From contig DEIM01000225.1 of NCBI GenBank assembly GCA_002352485.1, positions 12,450 to 53,203 on the forward strand: a DNA stretch of 40,754 nucleotides, written 5' to 3'. Source of the DNA: Candidatus Dadabacteria bacterium UBA2774. GTDB lineage: Bacteria > Desulfobacterota_D > UBA1144 > Nemesobacterales > UBA2774. The notes below the pieces were generated by a model that had not been told where the DNA came from, did not search any database, and worked only from the letters and a program-made list of their open reading frames with translations. Each line of letters opens with the position of its first letter. The stretch's first letter is position 1. Below, piece by piece: positions 1 to 10,087 of the stretch. The translations under genes were made by a program, and so were the position numbers.

Positions 1-23
1 GGCATCTCACTCCTCCGGATCTA

Positions 24-527
24 TTATCTATTGAAATATTGGTTTAAATGGTCCTGGCCGACCCAATCGTTTCGCTGCTCTTCGTCTTTTTGCTCCTTGT
101 ACTCCATATGCCACCGCAGCTCGTCTTTAGGTCCAGGTACCCTTTTACTCTTATCGTCAAATATGGCTTTAAACGTTGAAAAAACTCTCTGCACACCCTT
201 ACCATCACATATCGGGCACCTGAGCTTCTTCTCATCCTTCTTGTCATAAATAAGCTCGCTGAATCTAAAATTCTGAAGCTCGAGATAAAGGACTTTATTT
301 TTATCAAGTGTATATTTAAACTTCCTGAGCGTCCTGCTATCGCTTTTTTCACCCAGGGCAAATATGGGCTTTTTTTTCTTCCCCTCTGTAACCTCTATAT
401 AGGTAAAACCCTTGTTACCACTTTTTATCTTGGACGCATTGGTCTTGTTGAGTTTCGCTACAAGGGCATCAATGTCCTTGTTATATCTCTCTATACACCC
501 ATCGCATTCATATTCAAATAACGGCAT
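24..527 (-). CDS. FmdB-family zinc-ribbon protein with a long Lys-rich insertion between the two CxxC knuckles
   Basis: 167-aa ORF. The N-terminus MPLFEYECDGC is the hallmark start of FmdB/CxxC zinc-ribbon proteins (C8, C11). The second knuckle, RCPICDGKG (C104, C107), lies about 92 aa later. Motif recognition only. Confidence 0.6.
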   Translation of the reverse strand: MPLFEYECDGCIERYNKDIDALVAKLNKTNASKIKSGNKGFTYIEVTEGKKKKPIFALGEKSDSRTLRKFKYTLDKNKVLYLELQNFRFSELIYDKKDEKKLRCPICDGKGVQRVFSTFKAIFDDKSKRVPGPKDELRWHMEYKEQKDEEQRNDWVGQDHLNQYFNR

Positions 528-681
528 TGTATCACTCTCCTAATTCGGTAGACAGATAATAATAACTAAAATTTTACGTTTGCTCTAGTTATACGTAACC
601 TGGGCGTAGTGGATTTGACAAAATATCCCCCCGCTCAGATAATAATCCTAAAAGGCATTTGTAAGTATATAGGAAAAGACT

Positions 682-1473
682 ATGTCCGTCACAGATGAAC
701 TGATAGTTGAAGAGAACGGGGCTATTTGTACGCTCATGTTCAATAGACCGGAGAAGAGAAACCTGCTTACTCCCAAAATGCTCCTTGAGGTTAAAAGCAC
801 TCTTGAGAGGCTGGGGGAAGAGAACAGGGTTAGGTGCGTTGTTATTACAGGTACTGGAGATAAAGCGTTTTCCTCGGGCTATGACATATCGGCAATCGGC
901 GAAGACGATATGATCAGAAACCACGAGGGTGAAAATCCTCTTCCTTTGGCGGCAAGAGCAATTGAGAAGTTCCCCTACCCCGTGATCGCCATGATGAACG
1001 GTCATGCTTTCGGAGCAGGGCTTGAGATAGCGGTAACGAGCGACATAAGGATCCTTGTCGAAGGCTCACTACTTGGTATGCCGCCTGTAAAGCTCGGTGT
1101 TGTCTATTCTTATAGGGGCGTAAAGAAGTTTCTGAATCTCATCGGCCCCGGATATACAAAAGAGCTCTTTCTTGTCGGCAAAGCGATAAGCGCAGAAAGG
1201 GCGGCTCAGATTGGACTCGTGAACTTTTTAGCTCCAGAGAATGAGCTTGAGTCCATTACCTACGATATGGCAGAGGAGATTTCGGAAAACGCTCCCCTAT
1301 CACTTAAGGCTCTTAAAGAGATGACAAATGTCTGGGAAAGAAAAAAGATTGTGAGTCCGGATGATGAATCGCTGTTAAGAGAGATGATACTAGACGTACA
1401 GAACAGCGCCGATTATAAAGAGGGTCAGAAATCATTCGCCGAGAAGAGAAAGCCTAAATTTAAGGGTGAGTAG
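682..1473 (+). CDS. enoyl-CoA hydratase/isomerase (crotonase) family protein
   Basis: 263-aa ORF. Crotonase signatures FNRPEKRNLL, VVITGTGDKAFSSGYDI and AMMNGHAFGAGLEIAVTSDIRI. ATG preceded by aggaaaag. Confidence 0.9.
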   Translation: MSVTDELIVEENGAICTLMFNRPEKRNLLTPKMLLEVKSTLERLGEENRVRCVVITGTGDKAFSSGYDISAIGEDDMIRNHEGENPLPLAARAIEKFPYPVIAMMNGHAFGAGLEIAVTSDIRILVEGSLLGMPPVKLGVVYSYRGVKKFLNLIGPGYTKELFLVGKAISAERAAQIGLVNFLAPENELESITYDMAEEISENAPLSLKALKEMTNVWERKKIVSPDDESLLREMILDVQNSADYKEGQKSFAEKRKPKFKGE

Positions 1474-1535
1474 ATAGATTACAGAGCCAGCCGTTTCTAA
1501 GACTTATAATTAGCCCTTTTAACAATACATAATTC

Positions 1536-2432
1536 TCATTTGCCGTAGCCAAACTCACTTATAAGATTGTCCCTGTCAGTCCACTTATCGCTTACCTTTA
1601 CCCAGAGCTCAAGGAAAACTTTTGTGCCGAGTATACGTTCAATATCCGCCCTGGCCAGGGTGCCGATTTCTTTAAGCATCTCACCGTTTTTGCCTATGAT
1701 TATTCCCTTGTGATTCTTTCTCTCAACGTGCACAACGGCAGAGATTGCGACGAGCTTTTTCTCGGGCACATCTTGAAACTCTTCTATCGTTACTGCCGTG
1801 GAGTACGGTATTTCTTTGTGTGTTAGATTAAATATCTTTTCCCGTATGAGCTCGGCAGCCAAGAACCTCTCGGGCTGATCCGTGTACATATCCTCTGGGA
1901 AATATTTAGGTCCTTCGGGCAAATGCCCTTCAATCACACTTACAAGCTCTATTGTGCCGTCTGAGTTCATTGCCGAGATAGGAATTATTTCAGAAAATTT
2001 CCCTTCGAATTCCCGTGAGAGCTCGATAATTGTCAGGATGTCCTTCTTCTTAATTTTATCTATCTTATTTATCACCAGGATAGCTGGCTTGGGGAGCTTC
2101 TCTATAATAAATCTATCCCCTCTGCCAAATGGGTTATCCACTTCTACCATCATCAGTATTACGTCCGCTTCTTGAGATGCCGCCACAGCCGTCTGCACCA
2201 TTGCTTTGCCAAGCCTGCCTCTGGCTTTATGAATGCCGGGGGTATCGAGAAATATCATCTGGGACGAGGGTGTGGTTCTGATTCCCAATATCTTGTTGCG
2301 TGTAGTGTTTGGTTTATCGGATACGGCGGCGATCTTCTCTCCTACAAGGGCATTAATGAGCGTAGACTTGCCTACGTTCGGTCTTCCGATTACCGATATA
2401 AACCCTGAATAAAATTTCTTTTCATCGCTCAT
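1536..2432 (-). CDS. era: GTPase Era
   Basis: 298 aa. G1 GRPNVGKST, G3 DTPG, G4 NKID. C-terminal KH domain (GKNGEMLKEIG, VFLELWVKV). Confidence 0.95.
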   Translation of the reverse strand: MSDEKKFYSGFISVIGRPNVGKSTLINALVGEKIAAVSDKPNTTRNKILGIRTTPSSQMIFLDTPGIHKARGRLGKAMVQTAVAASQEADVILMMVEVDNPFGRGDRFIIEKLPKPAILVINKIDKIKKKDILTIIELSREFEGKFSEIIPISAMNSDGTIELVSVIEGHLPEGPKYFPEDMYTDQPERFLAAELIREKIFNLTHKEIPYSTAVTIEEFQDVPEKKLVAISAVVHVERKNHKGIIIGKNGEMLKEIGTLARADIERILGTKVFLELWVKVSDKWTDRDNLISEFGYGK

Positions 2433-2453
2433 ATAATTAATCCCGTCTTATCC

Positions 2454-3926
2454 TTATTCCCTTTCATATAAATATAAATTAAGCTTACTAAAATTCTTCA
2501 CTGGTTTTAAATCGTAATCACCTAGCATTTCTCTTTTTATCGCCTGCTTATCTATATTTGCGAATTGCCCGATAACGACCCAGAATCTATCCGGAAGCTC
2601 ACCTGTAGACTCAGAAGTGAGAGGCAAGAACTGTAAATCCACTCTATCTTTATAATACTCAGGGGTCATTGCATCAAATGCAGGATACACGAACACACTG
2701 TCGTTGTCTTCCGCATTTGATTCCAGATAGGATACAGCCTCCCTCCACTGGTATTTGTGAGCCTCTATGTAGTACATACTGAGAGGCCATATAGAAAGTA
2801 GTAATATAACCGCAGGGATAAGAACCGTAAGCCTCTTGTTGTGCAAGTTCCAGATGCCCTTACCGGCCAGTAGGTAAAGCGCCAACGAAGAGCCGATGAT
2901 GTAGCGAGTGTGGAGTATGGGGGTTGAGATATGAGATATTACAAAGGGAATTAGAATGGGTACAAAGAGCCATAGCAGGAGCAAGTACATACCATTAACG
3001 TTAGAGAGAAATGACTTATGACTCGGATCGTCTTTTATATCTATTATATCCTTTATATTTTTACTATGAGCTATATTTTGAAAACTGATGAACGAAAACG
3101 CGGCTAGAATAAGAAACAGAAAAAAAAGTATGTAGTCGCGGCCCGAGAAATGGTAGAAGTACCTGGCAATATCAACCACAGTGGGATCTGAGAGCCAGAA
3201 ACCGCCCTGCATCGCGACTGTGTTCTTGTACCAGATCAATATCCCGGGGATGAATAGCAATCCCGTTATTAGCTGAAGCACTATCCACTTTGATAGGCTC
3301 AAACTGAAAACATCTCTATTCACGAAGTAGCGGGTAAAACAAAATATGTTCTGCACAATCAGTATAAACACACCGTAAAAATGGGAGTACATGAGTAGCA
3401 CGCTCGTTATGACATAGCCTATTATATAGAGTGTTTTCGAACCGCTCAGAGTCTTTAAAAATAAATAAAAAGAACAAAGAGTGAGGAATGCTAGCAGGCT
3501 ATATACCCTGGCCTCTTGAGAATACTCGATATGGAAAACCGATACGGCAAGAATGAGCGACGCGATTAAAGCGGTAGTCCTGTTAAAAATCAGCTTCCCA
3601 ACCGCATATATCAGAATAATCGAGCCGGTTCCCACGATTACGGAAGGAAGTCTCAGGGAAAACTCTGAATGACCGAACAGCGATACCCAGAAATGCATCA
3701 ACATATAGTAAAGAGGAGGATTGTTATCATTCTTAGCAATCATCCACTGAATAAGCTCACGAATACTTAGCTCGGAAACCTGAGAGGTGACAGCTTCGTC
3801 GAGCCATATACTCTCGCCGCTGAGATCATAAATTCTTAAGACCACGCCTAAGAGGATGATAAGTAACAGGAGATAGTTATCTTCTATATATTTTAGTGAA
3901 TGGTGATTTTGCAAAATTGCGCTCAA
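2454..3926 (-). CDS. GT39/ArnT-like (PMT_2) polytopic membrane glycosyltransferase
   Basis: 490 aa with many TM helices. N-terminal SIWLDEAVT motif typical of family-39/ArnT-like transferases, plus a soluble C-terminal domain. It lies 21 nt downstream of era on the same strand. Confidence 0.75.
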   Translation of the reverse strand: MSAILQNHHSLKYIEDNYLLLLIILLGVVLRIYDLSGESIWLDEAVTSQVSELSIRELIQWMIAKNDNNPPLYYMLMHFWVSLFGHSEFSLRLPSVIVGTGSIILIYAVGKLIFNRTTALIASLILAVSVFHIEYSQEARVYSLLAFLTLCSFYLFLKTLSGSKTLYIIGYVITSVLLMYSHFYGVFILIVQNIFCFTRYFVNRDVFSLSLSKWIVLQLITGLLFIPGILIWYKNTVAMQGGFWLSDPTVVDIARYFYHFSGRDYILFFLFLILAAFSFISFQNIAHSKNIKDIIDIKDDPSHKSFLSNVNGMYLLLLWLFVPILIPFVISHISTPILHTRYIIGSSLALYLLAGKGIWNLHNKRLTVLIPAVILLLSIWPLSMYYIEAHKYQWREAVSYLESNAEDNDSVFVYPAFDAMTPEYYKDRVDLQFLPLTSESTGELPDRFWVVIGQFANIDKQAIKREMLGDYDLKPVKNFSKLNLYLYERE

Positions 3927-4173
3927 TAATTTTATTTAGTACTAGTATTAATTTTTATGGATGGGAGGTCAATTGTAGGGTTATTTGTTGGCGCACTTGC
4001 ACTCCCTCATGGAGGCAAGAAATTAATCCTATCGGAATAACGATGAAGAGTTTATCAACCACTAATAGACATAAATTCATACTATGGGGAGTTTGGGTCC
4101 TCTTTTTTCTTTGATCAAAATGCAACGAAACGATATAAAATGATGTTATATTTCTGGGGAGGAGGTAAATAAT

Positions 4174-4434
4174 ATGAAAAAATTTCTTGCGATTAGCTTT
4201 CTTTTGGTCTTTGCTTTATCTATGTTCTCCGGGACAGATGTTAATGCTCAAGGCCCCGGCGCAGGCGACCCAGGCATAGTTTGGGATAACAAAAGCATAC
4301 CTACCGGGTCTTACTGCAGAATAGAGAAGGTTGGCGTATGTGTAGTCGCGCAGAACGAAGAGGACTGCGCAAAGATCAGCGGAGAAAAGGTAGACAGCTG
4401 TAGTACGAATGATATGGTTGAGGATAAGAAGTAG
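4174..4434 (+). CDS. small secreted 4-Cys protein, unknown function
   Basis: 86 aa. Strong SD ggaggagg 8 nt upstream of the ATG. Signal peptide MKKFLAISFLLVFALSMFSGTDVNA. Four Cys in the mature part. Confidence 0.6.
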   Translation: MKKFLAISFLLVFALSMFSGTDVNAQGPGAGDPGIVWDNKSIPTGSYCRIEKVGVCVVAQNEEDCAKISGEKVDSCSTNDMVEDKK

Positions 4435-4817
4435 AAGCCGAGAAAGAGCACTTAATATTAGGGTATGCGGGATTTTATCACCCCACTTCCTAGCCTTCCC
4501 CCTTGTATGAAAGTGAGAGATGACTGTGGTACATTTGTAGCCTCTCAAAGACGGATTTGGGCTGAAGAACATGTATGAATGCACACTCTGCGTGCTAAAT
4601 TCGTGCTTTCACAGGAATGACAAATCCAAATCCCCCTTGTATTCCCCCTTTTTCTAAGGGGGAGATAGAAAAGCAAACGTAAAAGATGAGATTCCCGACA
4701 AAGACATCTGAGAATAACAATTTTTAGTGTGCTGCATCTTATTAACCCCTTGAGAATTCTATCCAAGAGGTTATGATTCCCTGTTTTTATAGACATATAT
4801 ATGAATAAGGAGTTTTA

Positions 4818-6620
4818 GTGATGCTTGAACTGATGGGAGACTGGCAAAGGACTGATCACTGCGGGACTTTAGGCGCTTCTGACGTTGATAGGGAAGTGCT
4901 GCTTATGGGCTGGATTCAGTCGCATAGAGACCATGGAGGGGTGATATTCATAGACCTCAGAGACCGTGAAGGTCTGGTGCAGATAGTGATTAACCCCGAG
5001 ATAAGTAAAGATGTGCACGAGATCGGCGAAACACTCAGGGACGAGTGGGTAATAGCGCTCAAAGGTAAAGTGAAAAACCGCTCCGCCGAAACCATTAACT
5101 CCAACCTCCCGACAGGCGAGATCGAAGTGTTCGCAGATGAAGTAAGAGTACTTAACACCTCCAAGGTTATCCCGTTCCTAATTGAAGACGATATAAACGT
5201 AGATGAGCTACTGAGACTAAAGTACAGATACCTTGACTTAAGACGTACAGAGATGAAGAACAACATTATCACTAGGCATAAAGTTGTAGCGGCCACGAGG
5301 GATTATCTGAACTCAACCTCCTTTTTAGAGATAGAAACGCCTTACTTAACCAAGTCCACACCGGAAGGGGCAAGGGACTTTTTGGTCCCAAGCAGACTGA
5401 ACCCGGGAGAGTTCTACGCGCTTCCGCAGTCGCCCCAGATACTAAAACAGACTCTGATGATATCGGGGTTTGACCGCTACTATCAGATAGTACGCTGCTT
5501 CAGGGACGAGGATTTAAGAGCAGACCGTCAGCCCGAGTTTACGCAGATTGACCTTGAGATGTCTTTTGTAAACGAGTCGGATATTATGAACACGGTCGAG
5601 GGAATGTTAACGTCAATTTTTAAGGAAGCTGCCGGGACTGAGATCGGGACTCCATTTAAAAGAATGAATTACGAAGACGCAATGCTACGCTACGGGACAG
5701 ACAAGCCAGACACCAGATTTGGGCTTGAGCTTGAGGACATAAGCGATGTTTTCAGAGACTCGGAGTTTAAAGTATTCAGCGGAGCACTCGGCAAAGGAGG
5801 CGTTATTAAAGCGCTCAACCTTAAAGGGAAAGCAGGAGAGCTTTCGAGAAAAGAAATTGACGACTTAACGGAAGACGCTAAAACGCTCGGCGCAAAGGGG
5901 CTTGCCTGGATAAGGGTCTCGGGAGAGGAGTGGCAGTCACCGATAATAAAATTCTTTAGCGATGTTGAAAAAGATAATCTACAAAAAACCCTGAACCTTG
6001 AAGACGGCGATATAGTTTTCTTCGGTGCGGATTCAAGCTATATAGTAAATTTGGTGCTGTCTAATTTAAGGCTTAAGCTCGGAGAAAGGTTTGGGATGAT
6101 CGACCATAGTAAATTTGAGTTTCTATGGGTGGAGGAGTTTCCGCTGCTTGATTATGATGAGAATGAAAACCGCTACACAGCCATGCACCACCCGTTTACA
6201 TCTCCGTTTGAAGAGGATATCGAGCTTCTAGAAACCGACCCTGGAAAGGTGAGGTCGAGGGCTTACGACATCGTATTAAACGGAGTTGAGATCGGAGGAG
6301 GCAGCATAAGGATTTACAGAAAGGATATTCAGGAGAAGCTCTTTCATACAATCGGACTGAGCCAAGAGGAAGCGGAGAGCAAATTCGGGTTCCTGCTAGA
6401 AGCCCTTGAATACGGGGCGCCCCCTCACGGAGGTATCGCACTTGGGCTGGACAGGATAATAATGCTGATTGCAGGAGCAAGTTCGATAAGGGACGTAATC
6501 GCTTTTCCGAAAACACAAAAGGGAGCGTGCCCGCTTACAGAGGCCCCGTCTGAAGTGGATATCGCACAGCTACTTGAGCTGGGTATAAAACTCGATATAA
6601 AAGAAGAAGAAAAGAGCTAA
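4818..6620 (+). CDS. aspS: aspartate--tRNA ligase (bacterial type)
   Basis: 600 aa with an N-terminal OB fold. Class II motifs FRDEDLRADRQPEFTQID, GGGSIRI and GIALGLDR. The ATG at 4821 (SD aagga at 4807-4811) is the more likely start than the GTG at 4818. Confidence 0.95.
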   Translation: MMLELMGDWQRTDHCGTLGASDVDREVLLMGWIQSHRDHGGVIFIDLRDREGLVQIVINPEISKDVHEIGETLRDEWVIALKGKVKNRSAETINSNLPTGEIEVFADEVRVLNTSKVIPFLIEDDINVDELLRLKYRYLDLRRTEMKNNIITRHKVVAATRDYLNSTSFLEIETPYLTKSTPEGARDFLVPSRLNPGEFYALPQSPQILKQTLMISGFDRYYQIVRCFRDEDLRADRQPEFTQIDLEMSFVNESDIMNTVEGMLTSIFKEAAGTEIGTPFKRMNYEDAMLRYGTDKPDTRFGLELEDISDVFRDSEFKVFSGALGKGGVIKALNLKGKAGELSRKEIDDLTEDAKTLGAKGLAWIRVSGEEWQSPIIKFFSDVEKDNLQKTLNLEDGDIVFFGADSSYIVNLVLSNLRLKLGERFGMIDHSKFEFLWVEEFPLLDYDENENRYTAMHHPFTSPFEEDIELLETDPGKVRSRAYDIVLNGVEIGGGSIRIYRKDIQEKLFHTIGLSQEEAESKFGFLLEALEYGAPPHGGIALGLDRIIMLIAGASSIRDVIAFPKTQKGACPLTEAPSEVDIAQLLELGIKLDIKEEEKS

Positions 6621-6639
6621 TTAGATAGACCACCCAATA

Positions 6640-6861
6640 TCATTTTACACTCTCGGGAGTCTTACAGTTCCTCATCGCGTCCTCAAGCCACTGATCGGCC
6701 TCTTCTTTGGTCTCGAACTTCTCTGACCATAAGTTGTCGTTCCTGTACTCAAATTCCCATACCCAGCCGTCTGTCGGACGGCCTAAGCGGATCACAAGAA
6801 CCTGCTTCAGGTTTATCCAGCACAACTCGCCTACCTTGGATTTTATCTGAATAAACATCAC
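6640..6861 (-). CDS. small hypothetical protein (about 72 aa)
   Basis: Strong SD GGAGGG (complement of 6863-6868) just upstream of the ATG at 6858; the ORF track starts at the GTG at 6861. No recognisable domain. Confidence 0.5.
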   Translation of the reverse strand: MMFIQIKSKVGELCWINLKQVLVIRLGRPTDGWVWEFEYRNDNLWSEKFETKEEADQWLEDAMRNCKTPESVK

Positions 6862-6951
6862 ACCCTCCTATGTTATAGAGCTAATACGTTCGGTGAATAA
6901 ATATATCAATCCTACTATTCTTTACTGTGTTACAGAATTTATCAAGCCTCT

Positions 6952-7905
6952 TCAATTCGTTGAAAGACCCCGTGTCAGATCATCAACATTTTTAGGCAGC
7001 TTCTTAAAGTTTTCTTTTGAGGTTGAATAAACCGTATTCTGAGAGTCAAACTTGATATAGTACTCGTCTTCGTCTTTTCGTTTTCCAAAGAATAGTTTAT
7101 GAGAGGCGCCGTTTTGGAATATCTCAATTTCAGCAGTCGGCATTTCCAATCCGTAGGTCTTTAAACTTTCGGGCTCCCGACTCACAACACCGTTAATTTC
7201 CAAATCCGAGAGTGTTGTCAGGAGCTGCTCGGCCTTTTCTTGATCGAGTATCGTATTGTCCGAAAGCGGCCCCGCAATCCATAGACCGTCTTCTCTTTCG
7301 AACTGTATGTAAAAATTCCCTACTCTTAGAACAATCCGGTTAACCAGATCGGGAATTAGGGCGATTACCCTTTTATCCCTGAAATCCTTCTGGGATTTAT
7401 CTATTAATCTCGACGCCAAAGCCTTATCCGTAATAAGCACTCTGTCTTTATCTACGTCATAAACATATGTCCCGGTCTCGCTCGGGTTCTGATTGCCGAT
7501 TAATAAGTAGTATTCAGCCTTGTCCGATATGACCATAAATTCAGATTGGGGCTCTTGTAGGCCGAACTCATCAAGCTCAAGACCCTGTGAGGAAACGGTC
7601 TGTATAAGCTCCATGGACTTAATATCGTTTATTAACTCTTTTACTGAAGTACTGTCAGCCTTTGATTTACGCTCTGATTCCGACACGAACCACTGTCCGT
7701 CTACATTCTCAATATTGATTTCAGAACCCGGTGATTTTAGCATAACGGAGAGAATTTCTTCTTTTTCGAGAGAAGGAAAGACCATTTTTTTATTTTCAGC
7801 CTTATCTTCCCCGTTAAATAGAAAGATCCCGGCCAGCAGTATGAAAAAGATCACTACTGCTGCCAAGGTGCCTGAAAATTTCTTGAGATAAGGGCTTGTT
7901 CCCAT
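6952..7905 (-). CDS. DUF4340-like protein, last gene of the ABC-2/GldG operon
   Basis: 317 aa with a single N-terminal TM anchor. Its position directly after a GldG-like gene is the usual DUF4340 context. The family call rests on context and architecture. Confidence 0.65.
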   Translation of the reverse strand: MGTSPYLKKFSGTLAAVVIFFILLAGIFLFNGEDKAENKKMVFPSLEKEEILSVMLKSPGSEINIENVDGQWFVSESERKSKADSTSVKELINDIKSMELIQTVSSQGLELDEFGLQEPQSEFMVISDKAEYYLLIGNQNPSETGTYVYDVDKDRVLITDKALASRLIDKSQKDFRDKRVIALIPDLVNRIVLRVGNFYIQFEREDGLWIAGPLSDNTILDQEKAEQLLTTLSDLEINGVVSREPESLKTYGLEMPTAEIEIFQNGASHKLFFGKRKDEDEYYIKFDSQNTVYSTSKENFKKLPKNVDDLTRGLSTN

Positions 7906-7973
7906 CTGTAAGAGTATTCGTTCAGAGTTTTATAATTACAATTTTATATGTGTCAGTATTATCACTTAGAATA

Positions 7974-9341
7974 TTACATCTTCCTTCTTTTCCACCATAT
8001 TGCAACCCCAGAGAATAGAACCACCGCCGGTATCAATATGACGGTAAAGAAAAAGATAACGTTAGTCTGCTTATTCGTAATGGTGAGCTTTCCCTGCTCT
8101 GCGCTCTTGGGTCTGATGGAGATAAGGTTTTCATCCCCCGACACCCAGTTTACCGTGTTCAAAAATAGGTCCCGGTTTCCTGAGAAGTCAAAGAAAATGT
8201 TCGATACAAAATCTACGCTGCCGAAAACCGCTATCCTGCCCCTGGAGCCGTTCTCGGATACAGCAAGCACACCTAACGGACCCGCTTTATCGGTCTCTTC
8301 CTGCTGAGCCACACCCTGATCGAAATTATCAAAATCAGTTTCAGACCAGCTGTACTGACCGGTATGGGCCAGGACAACTGAAGTCATACCATCTACATCC
8401 AGAGCATATATACTCCTGGAATAGGGGAATATGGTCGCGTATCGGAAATCATCCGTGATTTCATGCGGGGTGTACTCGCCTACTATGGGGGCGATATCAC
8501 CCCCGCCTTCAAGCTTTGAGCTCGGGTCGACAATGATATCTTCTGAGAGCATGATCCCGTAAGACTTGAGGACAGATGCAATCTCAGTGCCCGAGCGGGG
8601 TTCAATCATAAATACCGCCTTCCCTCCCCTGCCGAGATATCCTTTGATATCCCCTATCTCCTTTAGCGTAAAAGCCTGTTTGGGCGCTGCAAGCACTATA
8701 ACGGAGTTCTCGCCGGGAAGCGCCTGCCCTTTTGGTAAAAGTATTTCTCTTACGTTATAACCCTCGTCAATGAGCGCGTTCTTTAAGACACCCAAACCCT
8801 CTGGCTCGACATCGTCCCCTATATCCCTCTCGCCGTGACCGGTAATAAAATAAACGGTTTTATTAATACTTCTCGACAATTTTAGAATGGCGTTTGTAAT
8901 CTCTTCTTCGGAGCTGTTTATTATGCCGCCTGAAATCGGGTCACCCAGTCTGAGTTTTATCGTTTCGTCCCCGTACGCGAGAACAACGGACCCGTATTCT
9001 TTTATTTCATAGTGCTTTGCAAGACCCGGCTCTTTGTCAGGGTTTATGACCCTTACCTTTAAATTATTGGAGCGTCTGGAATAGTCCTTTATTAAGTCCT
9101 GAAACTCGCTCCTGTCAGTACCGGTGTCTTTGAAAAAGGCAATTATTTCTATGGGGCTATCGAGCTCGTTTAACACTTCTACCGTATTATCCGAGACCGT
9201 GAAGAGCTTTGTGTCTGTGAGATCGAACCTGAAATCGCTCTTTGAAGCCAGAAAATTCAGAATAATCAGTATTCCGATAGTTGCGATTATTGATATGAGC
9301 GCGTTGGTCCCGTATATAAGCCTCCTGTTCTTCATCTCCAC
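7974..9341 (-). CDS. GldG-family ABC transporter auxiliary protein
   Basis: 455 aa with N- and C-terminal TM anchors flanking a large extracytoplasmic domain. It overlaps the upstream permease gene by 10 nt. Confidence 0.8.
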   Translation of the reverse strand: MEMKNRRLIYGTNALISIIATIGILIILNFLASKSDFRFDLTDTKLFTVSDNTVEVLNELDSPIEIIAFFKDTGTDRSEFQDLIKDYSRRSNNLKVRVINPDKEPGLAKHYEIKEYGSVVLAYGDETIKLRLGDPISGGIINSSEEEITNAILKLSRSINKTVYFITGHGERDIGDDVEPEGLGVLKNALIDEGYNVREILLPKGQALPGENSVIVLAAPKQAFTLKEIGDIKGYLGRGGKAVFMIEPRSGTEIASVLKSYGIMLSEDIIVDPSSKLEGGGDIAPIVGEYTPHEITDDFRYATIFPYSRSIYALDVDGMTSVVLAHTGQYSWSETDFDNFDQGVAQQEETDKAGPLGVLAVSENGSRGRIAVFGSVDFVSNIFFDFSGNRDLFLNTVNWVSGDENLISIRPKSAEQGKLTITNKQTNVIFFFTVILIPAVVLFSGVAIWWKRRKM

Positions 9342-10084
9342 CTCTCCGATTCTAGCGCGGTGTGAGCGAGAAAGAGCCCGAGGTATATGAGCGATCCGTA
9401 ATACACTAGATCTTTAATTCCGATAATTCCTTTACCGAAAGGCTCGAAGTGGTTAATGACGGAGATATACCCGAGGATACTTCCATCGACAGGGGACATT
9501 GCTCCCACAAGCCAAAGCACGAGGAGAACCCCAAATGAGATTACGGCTGCAATAAGCTGGTTATCAGTAAGAGAAGAAGCGAAAAGCCCAATTGCGAGAA
9601 AAGAAGCTCCTAAAAGGAAAAGCCCGATGTAGCCTGACATAATAGCGCCAATATCGGGGTTACCATGCACCATCAAAACAAATACATTAATAGATGATAG
9701 CGTAAGCATTATGATCAGAAGTATTACGGCCGCCAGATATTTACCGAGTATAATGGTGCGAAGTTTGATAGGGGAAGTAAACAATAGCTCTGCAGTGTAG
9801 CTCTTTCTCTCATCTGCGAGCAGTCTCATGGTTATAAGCGGTATGATGATGAGAAGCACAAGCGTGATGGTGCCGAAGTAGGGAGCGAGCACAAGATTAT
9901 TGAGGTTAAGCTCACCCCTTTGGAGCTGAAAACCGGGATCAAGCTGTATATGCAGAAAACCCTTTAAGTACAGGAAAAAGAACCAAGCCGATATCCCCTG
10001 AAATACCACAATGATGATATAAGCAAGCGGGGAAGCAAAGTAGGATTTAAACTCTCTCTTTAAAATAGGGTATATCGAATTCAT
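9332..10084 (-). CDS. ABC-2 type transporter permease (GldF-like)
   Basis: 250 aa with about 6 TM helices. It starts 3 nt after the stop of the ATPase gene. Confidence 0.8.
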   Translation of the reverse strand: MNSIYPILKREFKSYFASPLAYIIIVVFQGISAWFFFLYLKGFLHIQLDPGFQLQRGELNLNNLVLAPYFGTITLVLLIIIPLITMRLLADERKSYTAELLFTSPIKLRTIILGKYLAAVILLIIMLTLSSINVFVLMVHGNPDIGAIMSGYIGLFLLGASFLAIGLFASSLTDNQLIAAVISFGVLLVLWLVGAMSPVDGSILGYISVINHFEPFGKGIIGIKDLVYYGSLIYLGLFLAHTALESERWR

Positions 10085-10087
10085 TTC

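Noticed and set aside
3896-4114. 72-aa ORF in the divergent spacer between the GT39-like gene and the small secreted protein gene.
   Set aside because: No SD. Its start overlaps the GT39-like gene's 5' end, and its Cys/Trp/Arg-rich composition is unlike the neighbouring genes. It is probably promoter DNA.
4520-4535. Possible T-box riboswitch upstream of aspS (TGGTAC fragment).
   Set aside because: The full T-box consensus (GGGTGGTACCGCG-like), an identifiable specifier loop with a GAC/GAU codon and the stem I motifs are all missing. It is kept only as a check within the leader finding.
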